Virus record (IMG/VR): IMGVR_UViG_3300024336_000005
Coordinates: 1-64,000 of that record
Length of the DNA stretch: 64,000 bases
Reading direction: 5' to 3' (one strand)
The notes under the pieces were generated by a model that had not been told where the DNA came from, did not search any database, and saw only the letters and a program-made list of their open reading frames with translations. This document shows positions 30,560-39,702 of this stretch, in pieces. The translations under genes were made by a program, and so were the position numbers. Within the stretch, counting starts at the first letter, position 1; every line of letters begins with the position of its first letter.

Positions 30560-31264
30560 TTAACTCACAGGGTAGAAGCGTGCGCAGGCGGTTTCAAAGG
30601 CGAGGCGCTCTGCATCGGACAGCGGGCGATCCCACACTGCCAAACGGTACACGTCTCCGATCCAACGAAGACTGTTGTAAGCCCCGTCAGCACCAACAGA
30701 CCAAGTGCCACCTGCGGGCGTGGACACGACCGGCTTGGTGCCGGTAGGACTTGGCGTGTTCGTTGTGACCTTCTTCGCGCCGTTCACCCACATATCACAG
30801 AAGTTGTCGCCTGTGGTGTACCGCGTTGTCAGGCAGTAGACGTTGTTCAGCGTGAAGTTGAAAGTCCCGGTGGTGATACATAGCACGCCATTCGTTCCGT
30901 CACCTACCTGCGACCCGTAGTTTGGCGGCGAGTTGTTGGTGGTTCGGATTGTCGCCCACTGATCCCGGTTGTTGGCACCAGAGTTGCAGTTACCACACAA
31001 GTAACGATTTTGTGTCGTCGCCTCGGCCACGGCGATGACCGTCCATTCGGCCGGAACGCCCAGCCCGGTCCCGTATCTCAAAGCAGCCCCGCCACCGAAG
31101 GTGACGTAGGGGATACCCCCACCGTTGCGAACGAAGGTAGGGGTGCTGATGACCTCCGGAACCAGTGACACGCTCCCACTGTTGAACAGCGTGTTGACCA
31201 TCGGGTTGAGGTCAAAGATCGGAGTCGCAGGTGCTATCGGCCATGGATCTGGTGTATAGCCCAT
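30560..31264 (-). CDS. ConA/LamG-like beta-sandwich protein (paralog of 29847..30557)
   Basis: VYCLTTRY...DMWVNG...WSVG...WIGDVYRLAVWDRPLSDAE. Confidence 0.75.
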   Translation of the reverse strand: MGYTPDPWPIAPATPIFDLNPMVNTLFNSGSVSLVPEVISTPTFVRNGGGIPYVTFGGGAALRYGTGLGVPAEWTVIAVAEATTQNRYLCGNCNSGANNRDQWATIRTTNNSPPNYGSQVGDGTNGVLCITTGTFNFTLNNVYCLTTRYTTGDNFCDMWVNGAKKVTTNTPSPTGTKPVVSTPAGGTWSVGADGAYNSLRWIGDVYRLAVWDRPLSDAERLAFETACARFYPVS

Positions 31265-32538
31265 TACACCAGCCCCCAGTTCCCGTCCGCCTTCTTCCGC
31301 AGGGTAATCGACTGCCAGTTCTCGGTGAGCGTGTAACTCGCCGCCCCGTTGATCGTCTCCGCAGCGACTTGCTGTACGGTGATGTTCGCTGTGGTGGCAG
31401 ATCCAGTCGAGTCCGCAACCTTGACCTCGTAGCCCGTGGGGGCAGCGGCATCGAGGGTGATGGTGATCACCCCGAGCAGGGCGTCACACCAGAACATTCC
31501 GTCCGTGGTCGAGTCGATTGTGTCGGTGGTCGGCCCGGTCAGGATCGTGTCGCCGTTTGGGGCTCCTCCGCCTGCGGCTGCAACATTTTCCCAGCGACTG
31601 TTAGCTGTGACATACGTTAAGACCTCTCCATCAAGAGGGGTGTCGATGTTGGCGTCATGAAGATCTTGGAGATGCCCTTGGTCATTGATATTGACCAATA
31701 GAATTCCCTGGGTAGCGTGGGCGTTTAGGACCCACCCTACAGCTGTGCCATGCGTGGGAGCGACTGGCAGAACGTTTGTTAAGACTCCCGGAGTAGACGA
31801 AAGGTAAAGCCTTTCTCCAGCAGCCCAGACTTCCCCTCCTCCTGTTGTATCCAGGCCCCTAACAAGGCCAATGTGAGTGATGAACCCCTCTTGGTTGTTC
31901 GCAATATCGGCCGTTGCTATGCCAATTGTTCCCTCGGAGGTTGATTCTAAGTCGGCGTCGGCGAGTTCAACTGTTGGTCTATTTCCTTGCGCGCCACTAG
32001 TATAAACTACCTGTCCGTCATTAATTTGAACACCAGTCTTATTTAGGACTCTGATCACCACCTCTTGTCCGACTGAAATTGTTGACCCATCTGAAACGTC
32101 TACAGACAGCGCCTTCTCGGTGCTATCGTAGTAGACCTGACCCTCTGTGTGACCAGGGGCCGCTCCGGGTGTGAAGGTGGCGAGTGTCTGAGCGTTGCTT
32201 CCGTCTACGCGGACAATGTCCGTTTCGTCCAGTAGGGTTGCGTCACTTACCTTAGCATTAAGGTTGGCTAGCGTATCAGCTGTGTGAGTTGCACTGCCTA
32301 GAAGGTGTGCACCACCTCCACCTTGAGCTACTCCTCCGAGTGTTACTCCATCTCCGATCCAGAATGAATCTAGATCGGTATCGTAATACTGAGCTCCCTG
32401 AGCAGGAGTGAGTGTGAGGCGGACTGCTGTGGTGACATTAGTTGAGCCTCCTCCAGCTCCCTCTACGACAGTAACCCTGGCTTCTGTTGAGTCAAGAAGA
32501 TCTCTGATCCCCTTGCTGCTTAGGTCTAGCTGTGCCAT
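31264..32538 (-). CDS. Head/tail fibre-like mosaic protein
   Basis: Cement-like domain (NKTG..I..GQVVY...GIATADI...GERLYLS), an LQDLHD..GEVLTY...WEN fibre motif and a C-terminal ITITL...ETING module. Confidence 0.6.
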   Translation of the reverse strand: MAQLDLSSKGIRDLLDSTEARVTVVEGAGGGSTNVTTAVRLTLTPAQGAQYYDTDLDSFWIGDGVTLGGVAQGGGGAHLLGSATHTADTLANLNAKVSDATLLDETDIVRVDGSNAQTLATFTPGAAPGHTEGQVYYDSTEKALSVDVSDGSTISVGQEVVIRVLNKTGVQINDGQVVYTSGAQGNRPTVELADADLESTSEGTIGIATADIANNQEGFITHIGLVRGLDTTGGGEVWAAGERLYLSSTPGVLTNVLPVAPTHGTAVGWVLNAHATQGILLVNINDQGHLQDLHDANIDTPLDGEVLTYVTANSRWENVAAAGGGAPNGDTILTGPTTDTIDSTTDGMFWCDALLGVITITLDAAAPTGYEVKVADSTGSATTANITVQQVAAETINGAASYTLTENWQSITLRKKADGNWGLV

Positions 32539-32552
32539 TTGTTTTACTCCTT

Positions 32553-32583
32553 AAAATAGAAAAGGGGACTAAAAAGCCCCCTC
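32553..32583 (-). terminator. Intrinsic terminator
   Basis: Minus strand AGGGGGCT-TTTT-AGTCCCCT followed by TTTCTATTTT. Confidence 0.6.
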
Positions 32584-32610
32584 CTCCACTTGATCAAAAT
32601 ACAGCGTGGC

Positions 32611-33063
32611 TTATACCACTATGCTAAAGTCAAGTACTGCTACTGCAGGTAGAGCCCCATTTGTGAGAAGCTCAAGTGTATAGACGTCGTCTTGGACTGG
32701 GCCCTGTTCGGTGAACGTTAGGACTAGTGCTCCGTTGACATCAGAGGTCGCGATACCCTCGTTGCTGATTATGCCAGCAACAATAGTGCCAGTTGTGGCA
32801 GCGGCTACAACTTCAGTCGAAGTGCTCAGCCCGCCCGCATCTGTGAATAGTCGCCAAGTGAAATTTGCTGTTCCAGCTACTGGAGCCGCAAGATAATCGC
32901 TTACCTGACAGGTCACAATAATCTCTTCAGCAAGACCTGCTCCTTCGATGCCAACCGCAACAGCAATGCTGTTGGGCATCGAGGCTGCAAGGTTTGTTGA
33001 GGCGGTCGACGCTGCGTCCGCAACGTCAGCAATACCTGTCTTACTTAGGTCTCTTTGTGCCAT
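32611..33063 (-). CDS. Putative capsid decoration protein (Ig-like)
   Basis: Directly after the MCP; Ala/Thr/Val-rich. Confidence 0.5.
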   Translation of the reverse strand: MAQRDLSKTGIADVADAASTASTNLAASMPNSIAVAVGIEGAGLAEEIIVTCQVSDYLAAPVAGTANFTWRLFTDAGGLSTSTEVVAAATTGTIVAGIISNEGIATSDVNGALVLTFTEQGPVQDDVYTLELLTNGALPAVAVLDFSIVV

Positions 33064-33087
33064 TATATTCTCCTATTGGAAGATGGC

Positions 33088-33111
33088 GGGGAGGGGGTTT
33101 AGCCCCTCCCC
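33088..33111 (-). promoter_or_regulatory. GC stem-loop after the major capsid gene (stabiliser or weak terminator)
   Basis: GGGGAGGGG-GTTTAG-CCCCTCCCC, with no U-tract. Confidence 0.5.
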
Positions 33112-33119
33112 TTACCTAA

Positions 33120-34484
33120 TTAAGGTGTAGGTACGACCTGGTTACGGTCTAGGGCGCCAATGCTACCACCAACATCAATTGTGCTCTGAGCAGGCAGGAT
33201 GATCTGGTTTGCACCAACTACGACGTTCTTCGCTACTGCAATTCCCATTCCTCTGTTCTTCTCACGAAGGGTGAACCTCTCCTTCAACTTAATCTTGAGG
33301 ATATCAGTCTCGGGGTCCGTCCACTCAGAAGTCATGATCGGGTGATCCTCTACGTAGAAGCCAAGCTCGTTGGAGTCTGCCATGAGGATTGTAGTAGTGT
33401 TGTTCAGCGCATCATAAGGCACGAAGGGGCTTACGATTACGCGGAACGGAATTCCCAGATAGTTAGGCAACACAGGCGCAGAATTTAGGTTCTGGCTGAA
33501 GTCCAACGGGTTCTGGGTGATGACGTTACCATGTCCATCCTGAGGCTCTTGGGCACCAGGAGCAGCCGGAACTGCCGGAACAGGCTGATGAGCAGGGTGC
33601 GAGCGATGGATACCACCGGCAACACCTTCACCACCAAACGATGAAGCAAAGTCATTCTTCGCAGGCGATCCAGTCCACTGACTTCCGAAGAAGGCTCCCT
33701 GGTTCATCTGGGCGAAAGCGCGGAGCTGAGCGTCCTGAACGAACATTAGCCAGGTCAACGGGTGGAGCAGGAGCATGTCGGGAATGAATCCGTTGTGCAT
33801 GATCGAGGCAAACATCTCGAAGATGTCGTCCATTGTCAGGGTACCGTTCTGGGCACCTAGAAGATCACGTCCTGTAGTCGTACCGAAGTTCGAGGCAAGC
33901 GGGGTCTGGTTGTCGTGTGTGGTGTTCGCTACGCTATACCACATGTTGAAGATCTTCTCTTCCTTGTTACGAGCCATTGCTCGGCCGGCCTGACGGACTG
34001 CCATTGTAACAACATCGAAAGTGGAGTAACGAAGTACTTCCTCGGTGAACTTTACAGCCACACCCTGCTTTCCGATCTTGCCAATCTCAGAACCCGGTCC
34101 GTACGCAACACGTAGCTCAGGAAGGGACTCTTCCTCGCCGACGTCGAAGTCGCCGTCAACGGCACCCATTACTGGGAGGTCAACCATTGTTCCAGGCTGA
34201 TACGGGATTTTTTGTAGAAGAGAGGTCGCAATCAACAGAGGCTCAACTGCTTCCTGTACGGCGTTGTTTACGACCTTGGGGATGAATAGCGGGGATTCCC
34301 ACATTGCGAGCGCATCGCTAATTCTTCCTTCTTTGCCGAGCAACCTGCCGTCGGGGCGGACACCGCTGTTCTTCCAGGCGTACTCAAAGTCTCTAAACTT
34401 CTCTCCTGGCGCAGCAGAGGCATCAACCTCGCGGAAATCAGCGAACTTGAGCTGGCGTCTATTCTTTGAACGAATATCACTCAT
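33120..34484 (-). CDS. Major capsid protein (HK97 fold)
   Basis: LFIPKVV...VGEEESLPE...KQGVAVKFTEE...AGRAMARNKEEKIF...PDMLLLHP...VIVSPFVP...LKERF; follows the protease/scaffold gene. Confidence 0.9.
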   Translation of the reverse strand: MSDIRSKNRRQLKFADFREVDASAAPGEKFRDFEYAWKNSGVRPDGRLLGKEGRISDALAMWESPLFIPKVVNNAVQEAVEPLLIATSLLQKIPYQPGTMVDLPVMGAVDGDFDVGEEESLPELRVAYGPGSEIGKIGKQGVAVKFTEEVLRYSTFDVVTMAVRQAGRAMARNKEEKIFNMWYSVANTTHDNQTPLASNFGTTTGRDLLGAQNGTLTMDDIFEMFASIMHNGFIPDMLLLHPLTWLMFVQDAQLRAFAQMNQGAFFGSQWTGSPAKNDFASSFGGEGVAGGIHRSHPAHQPVPAVPAAPGAQEPQDGHGNVITQNPLDFSQNLNSAPVLPNYLGIPFRVIVSPFVPYDALNNTTTILMADSNELGFYVEDHPIMTSEWTDPETDILKIKLKERFTLREKNRGMGIAVAKNVVVGANQIILPAQSTIDVGGSIGALDRNQVVPTP

Positions 34485-34496
34485 TACTATAGCTCC

Positions 34497-35672
34497 TTAT
34501 CGCATTAGTGGGGAGATCTGGACAGTACCCAGAGTCGATCCCGCTGTGTGCATGTGCCAAGGGTATCCTGAGGTAGCTGTACCAGGCATACGATCTAGGC
34601 CATCAAATCCTTGAATTGAGGTCTCCCAACGAGTTCTTACCTTATCAAGGTATGAGCTTGGGTAGCGAGTACTCTTGCGAACAACCTGACCGACGATTCG
34701 GTTCATTAGGTCTAGCATTGCAATGCTTGCAAGGGCATCAGCGGCAGCGCCAACGGCTGACCAGTCAGGAGTTCCCTGCGATACAGCAAGGCAAGTGTTC
34801 GTAACCGGTACGATGTCTGACTCATGGTCAAAGGTAACATAGCCACCGTTTACAAAGTCTGCCATTGCACCAATCGCAATTACCTGACCTTCTAGTAGAA
34901 CGCCTGTTCTGTCAGCTGCTACAGGGTATTCCATGCACTCATTTGCAACGAGGACGGTGACCTTGTTCTGTAGCTCCCATGCGAGGTTACGCAACTGTGT
35001 GGGGCTGTAAGGCTTAAGGGCCTCAGGGCCACTTGCTGCGGCTGGGTGAAGCTCGTTCTCATTTAGAGCACGCTCCATAACATCCGAAGCTGCACGAAGC
35101 ATGCTGTAGGGGGCGAAGCCAATGTGACGACCAATGTCGAAGGTGCGAACTGGTGTTGGCGGGTTGTCGAGAGGAATCGCTGTTGAGGCTGCGCCAAGGG
35201 CGACAGACTCATCGTACTGGACTCTCTGCTGGACCGCACCTGATAGCCATGTTATGAATGACAGGACTACTGGCTCATTTAGGGTGGCCACTTCACCGCG
35301 AGCATTTACCACACCATTGGCAACGTCTGTTGCATCATAGCGCCAAAGAAGATCAAGCTCCGGTGTGCGAGCTGTAGAAAGATCCATGGTAGCGCCAAGG
35401 CCTGCTTGGACCGCCATGTCATCTTCTAGGATCTGCAGCTGATAAGCAAGTCCAGCGGGGACAATAAAGCCACGGTCGTCAAGGGCGACTACCTTACCTG
35501 TTAGGATAACGTAGAACTCATCATGCCGATCGTTCTCAAACTGGAGAGGCAAGTAAGGAGCCGGTCCAGTGTCGAGGCGCGGGCGCTCTGAGGGGCAAAT
35601 TCGTACGTTAGGAATGACTCTTCCGAGATCTCTATCGTACTTCTTTACTGGGATATTTGCATCGTAGGACAT
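34497..35672 (-). CDS. Minor capsid/decoration protein
   Basis: Lies between scaffold and MCP; VILTGKVVALD..GFIVPA motif. Confidence 0.55.
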   Translation of the reverse strand: MSYDANIPVKKYDRDLGRVIPNVRICPSERPRLDTGPAPYLPLQFENDRHDEFYVILTGKVVALDDRGFIVPAGLAYQLQILEDDMAVQAGLGATMDLSTARTPELDLLWRYDATDVANGVVNARGEVATLNEPVVLSFITWLSGAVQQRVQYDESVALGAASTAIPLDNPPTPVRTFDIGRHIGFAPYSMLRAASDVMERALNENELHPAAASGPEALKPYSPTQLRNLAWELQNKVTVLVANECMEYPVAADRTGVLLEGQVIAIGAMADFVNGGYVTFDHESDIVPVTNTCLAVSQGTPDWSAVGAAADALASIAMLDLMNRIVGQVVRKSTRYPSSYLDKVRTRWETSIQGFDGLDRMPGTATSGYPWHMHTAGSTLGTVQISPLMR

Positions 35673-35690
35673 TTCCTAAAATTCCTCCAA

Positions 35691-37640
35691 TTATGGGTTG
35701 ATGTGGGCCGGCAGATAACCTCTGCGCTTCTGCTCTACCAAGAACATGTCTGCCGCACGCTGGCCACCAGGGCCAATGGATTTTTCGTAGTAACGGTCAA
35801 GGATAGCAGCATACGCTGAGGTATCCACTTCTTCTCTTTCAGGTGCTGCGCTATCTTGCTCGGCCCCTAGACCATCAAGCTTCTCGCCATCAGGCTTTCT
35901 AGCCATCCCATTCTCAGGCTCACTTTCAAGATCTGAAAGTGAATCTCTTAGAGACTGGATGCTTCTTGTTGAGAGCTCGGTTAGCTTCTCTGTTCTATCA
36001 GTAACTCTAAGCCCCTTCTTGATCTGCGCATCTACAAGAGTTTCTGCCAACATCTGCTTCTGATCTTTCATCAGCTCGATGTTTGCTGCTTCTAGCTGTG
36101 AGATCTCATCCTTTAGGGATGTGACTCTTAGCTTAAGCATGTCTCTTGTTGCTGTCAGGTCATCAGTCTTAGCAGCCTTTTCTTTGAGGGCAGTTAGCTC
36201 CTCTTCTGAAATTTCTACCTTGTCTGAGACCTTCTCTTCCTCCGCAGCCGCTTCGGGCTCGGGAACTGCAGCGCTATCCGCTTCGGGCTCTTCTGGAGTA
36301 GGAGCTAGCTTGACTAGCTTCTCATCAAGGATCTCAAGTAGAGTGGCCTTGGCGTCAGAATCTTCAACTGTCTCAAGCAGTCCCTTAATGGCTTCGCAGT
36401 GAGCGATGTCCTTAGCAGGGAAAGTCTTGTTAGGACCGATGAAAACACTATCTTCCAAACCAGTCAGCAAGTCACCTGTAAGGCGCGCTGCGTCTGACGG
36501 GAGGAACTTGAGAATCTCCTGGTAGTTGGACTCTGTGTCCTTAGTTAGATCGGCGAAATTCATGGTATTTCCTTGCGAGGAGACTTCCTCACGTTGTTCA
36601 TTTCTTCCAATTACTGCATCGGCCTTTTCCTCTGCGGGATTTTCGGGCGGTACAGAGGGGCTAGACTGTTGATTTTTTGAATCTTCTTGAAGAGCGTCTT
36701 GCTCTTTGCCTTCGCCCTTAGCATTAAGTGAAGTAGGAATCTCTACTTCTGTGGCATCGCTGATTCTATAACCCTTACTTGTTCCATCTTCAGACTTCTT
36801 TACCAGCACATGGCCTGAGAAGATTTGATGTGTCATAAGAGTCTGCAGACCTGAGGATGCATCTGCGAATGATAGGTTCTCTCCGAACTCTAAAATCTGT
36901 GCATGTGGGGCTGCGGGGTTGTTTACTGGAGATACTTCTTCATAGTCGAATCCGAAAGGAACTGCAACGCATTCCTTTCCGTCATAGAAGCGACCTCTAT
37001 CGTGACCGCAGTCCTCGTTACGCCAGTCTACTAGCTCTCCATCTAAAGCGCAAGTGGAACAGTGTGCACCCTTTGGCATAAATGAAGTTGATACTGTTAG
37101 GTATCTTCCATCTAGTACCTTCTGAATTGCATCAGGGTCTGTGATGTTCCACAGTCCCTGGATGTGTCCTACTCCTCTGTAGCCATCTGTGCTGGATAGC
37201 TCCTGAAACAGGGGGACTGATTTGAGGCGGTTTTTCTTTGTGGTCTTTGCGTCCCTGAAGGGCGACATGGCGCTTTGCACTCGAGAGTCAACAAGGATCG
37301 CTTGGTTGGTTGTATCGATATAGCGAACGTCGATTACTCTTCCTATTGGATCCTTGCCCTCATCGTGGTGCTTGAGGACGGGCTTGTTGAATGGGCTGAC
37401 GAAGGATCGCGCCCCTCTAAACATCTCATCTGGCAGATAGATTGCCTTGTTCTTTGTGGTTAGCCCTGAGAAGGTCATTCGGACCTTCGCTCGGAGAGAG
37501 TGTCCTGTCAGTGATACTGAGTCTTTCGTCTCGAGCATCAGTCTCTTTCCGGGCTCTACAGCAATTGGTTCCGCGACCATGTGTGCATAGTCGCTTCTTG
37601 CAATTGGCTTTACCCAGTCTGCAAAACTATTATCGGCCAT
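35691..37640 (-). CDS. Prohead protease fused to an acidic coiled-coil scaffold
   Basis: KPVLKHHD..PIGRV...YLTVSTS...EEVSPVNNPA protease motifs; acidic coiled-coil C-terminus. Confidence 0.85.
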   Translation of the reverse strand: MADNSFADWVKPIARSDYAHMVAEPIAVEPGKRLMLETKDSVSLTGHSLRAKVRMTFSGLTTKNKAIYLPDEMFRGARSFVSPFNKPVLKHHDEGKDPIGRVIDVRYIDTTNQAILVDSRVQSAMSPFRDAKTTKKNRLKSVPLFQELSSTDGYRGVGHIQGLWNITDPDAIQKVLDGRYLTVSTSFMPKGAHCSTCALDGELVDWRNEDCGHDRGRFYDGKECVAVPFGFDYEEVSPVNNPAAPHAQILEFGENLSFADASSGLQTLMTHQIFSGHVLVKKSEDGTSKGYRISDATEVEIPTSLNAKGEGKEQDALQEDSKNQQSSPSVPPENPAEEKADAVIGRNEQREEVSSQGNTMNFADLTKDTESNYQEILKFLPSDAARLTGDLLTGLEDSVFIGPNKTFPAKDIAHCEAIKGLLETVEDSDAKATLLEILDEKLVKLAPTPEEPEADSAAVPEPEAAAEEEKVSDKVEISEEELTALKEKAAKTDDLTATRDMLKLRVTSLKDEISQLEAANIELMKDQKQMLAETLVDAQIKKGLRVTDRTEKLTELSTRSIQSLRDSLSDLESEPENGMARKPDGEKLDGLGAEQDSAAPEREEVDTSAYAAILDRYYEKSIGPGGQRAADMFLVEQKRRGYLPAHINP

Positions 37641-39702
37641 TCTGAATTTCTCCTATGGGCTCTAGCTCACATCTGCAATTTGGATGGAACGGAGGAAGGT
37701 CTTCTTGTGTAACACTGTCTAATTCAATAACAATGTTGTTCCATACGTCGAAGTCTTCTCCACCTGGAGTAGCCTTAATTACAGCTGTATCGAACCCACT
37801 GGCCTTCATTGCAGCAACCTTTGATAAGATTCTTGCTCTGTGTGTTAGAGTTCTCTCTATAAAGCGGATCCTATACTCTAGTCTGTCGATAGTCAAGTTA
37901 TCTCTTCTGCCAACTGCCAGCTCTGCTGCAGTTCTTCCCGCAGTAGCTCTGAAGAGTCTTGTGACGTCTGTCTCAAACTGTCCATGAATTCTATCTGAAA
38001 TATTACGGACTCTCTGCAACAGGGCACTGCTTGCGGAAAACCCTTGCAGGCCTGAGATGGATGCTCTGTCAATCGTTGTCTTGAAGCGCCTCTTTATCTG
38101 TCCTTCTGCAGCCATGAAGATTTGGCGGATGAAACCTAGGTTTATCTCCCCGCTTCTAACCTCCTTGAGGTCTCTCGCAAGAGAGCCATATATCTCTGCG
38201 GCCACACCGTCCTGAACTGAGCTCCTGGCCTTTGTAGGGCCGGTAGATGTGCCGTGCTGGTTAGAGGGTTGCTGCTTAGCTGTAGCGGCCCTGTTGGCCG
38301 CCTGAGCCCTACTGGTGGCCTCTGTCTTCTCCACCTCCAGTTCCCCTTGCTTCTCCATCTTAGGAATCTCAACTACACACAAGGCACAGTCCTCTGATTC
38401 CTCTTCAGTCATAGCTTCCCAGCCGGATAGACTTCTAGCTTCTGTCCTTGAGATTAGGTTGGATGTGAAGAGCAGCATGTAGTGGTTCTGCAGTTTGATC
38501 TGTGCTTCGTGATCAATCTCTGTAAAGCGGAGTTCTACATTGTTCTCTTCTGACAATGGGTCAAAGCCGAAGGTGCTCTCAAGTAAGAGCTCCCTTAGGA
38601 TTTCAAAGTTGAATGAGTCTGCAAGACACTGCTGGTAGAACTTAACGTTACCGTGAGCCAGCTTAGACATTGAGTCTGCTGTTGCTCGGTTGGCCGTGTC
38701 TCCGTCGCCGAAGTCGAGCTGAGACATTCCTGAACCTGTGATGACCCTCTTCTTGAAGTGCTCAATGAAAGGCTCTGGTCTGATAGAACGACTCTCCGCG
38801 CCAAGTCCAGAAATCTCATGTCTCTCTGGGGTTACAAGCATTCCATCGGAAGGCATGTCTCTTACCATTGCCCTGACGATATCTACCTCTGTTACGCCGT
38901 CCTCATACCTTTGCATCGGTGCGCTTTCTGTTCCAACCTTATATTGAAACAGGGGGTATATGTGCTGGTAGACAAGGTTCTCTACATGCTCCTCTATCCT
39001 TCGTAGAGCTGTAACATCTTCTATAACTGGGTGCCACGGTGGGGTTGCAGTTAGGAAGTGAGGCTTCTTGTTCACAGAGATGAAGATTACATCTTCAGGT
39101 CTATAAATCTTAAACCTTCCATCTGGCATGATGTGCTTGTAGGAAATGATTCTGTTGTTTGTGCCGGGCTTAACTCTCATAGTGTCTGGTGACACTACAA
39201 AGTATCCGGCGACGGGCTTCAACTTCCTCGTCCCAGCAGTCCTAACCTTACCCCCTGATTTATCCACACTCCTTGCTTTGATTATATAGCAGTTGTGGTA
39301 TCTAAGTAGAGTTCCCATGATCTCGATTAAGAAGGACCTTAGTGTCTGGTCCTGTGCAACTTCAATCTGGCGGAAGCGTTCCTTGATGTACTTAATTGTT
39401 TCCTTGTTCTTTCCGACGAGGGTATGCCCTTCCTTCATGGCAAGAGCAAGCTTCTTTAGGTTCGCTTGGAAAATGTATGAGTCAGTATCCTCTGCCGCCC
39501 CGATGTCAATCAAAGGGTACTCAGACTCATGGTATCCATGGTCGTCTGCCCTAGCATTTGGAACGGGAGCGATGTATGTCATCGACTCCCTCTTAATTGT
39601 TCCAGGGATTCTCTTAATCAATCCTATTGAAGGAGGATTGGCGTCCTGCTCAGACTCCGGCATCTCTTCCGCAGAAAAGATTTTAATGTTTGTCTCTGTC
39701 AT
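37630..39702 (-). CDS. Portal protein with a C-terminal MuF-like motif
   Basis: Portal-like core (YHNCYIIK...PEDVIFI...ANRATA...ISRTEAR); terminal LPPFHPNCRC. Confidence 0.85.
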   Translation of the reverse strand: MTETNIKIFSAEEMPESEQDANPPSIGLIKRIPGTIKRESMTYIAPVPNARADDHGYHESEYPLIDIGAAEDTDSYIFQANLKKLALAMKEGHTLVGKNKETIKYIKERFRQIEVAQDQTLRSFLIEIMGTLLRYHNCYIIKARSVDKSGGKVRTAGTRKLKPVAGYFVVSPDTMRVKPGTNNRIISYKHIMPDGRFKIYRPEDVIFISVNKKPHFLTATPPWHPVIEDVTALRRIEEHVENLVYQHIYPLFQYKVGTESAPMQRYEDGVTEVDIVRAMVRDMPSDGMLVTPERHEISGLGAESRSIRPEPFIEHFKKRVITGSGMSQLDFGDGDTANRATADSMSKLAHGNVKFYQQCLADSFNFEILRELLLESTFGFDPLSEENNVELRFTEIDHEAQIKLQNHYMLLFTSNLISRTEARSLSGWEAMTEEESEDCALCVVEIPKMEKQGELEVEKTEATSRAQAANRAATAKQQPSNQHGTSTGPTKARSSVQDGVAAEIYGSLARDLKEVRSGEINLGFIRQIFMAAEGQIKRRFKTTIDRASISGLQGFSASSALLQRVRNISDRIHGQFETDVTRLFRATAGRTAAELAVGRRDNLTIDRLEYRIRFIERTLTHRARILSKVAAMKASGFDTAVIKATPGGEDFDVWNNIVIELDSVTQEDLPPFHPNCRCELEPIGEIQNGR

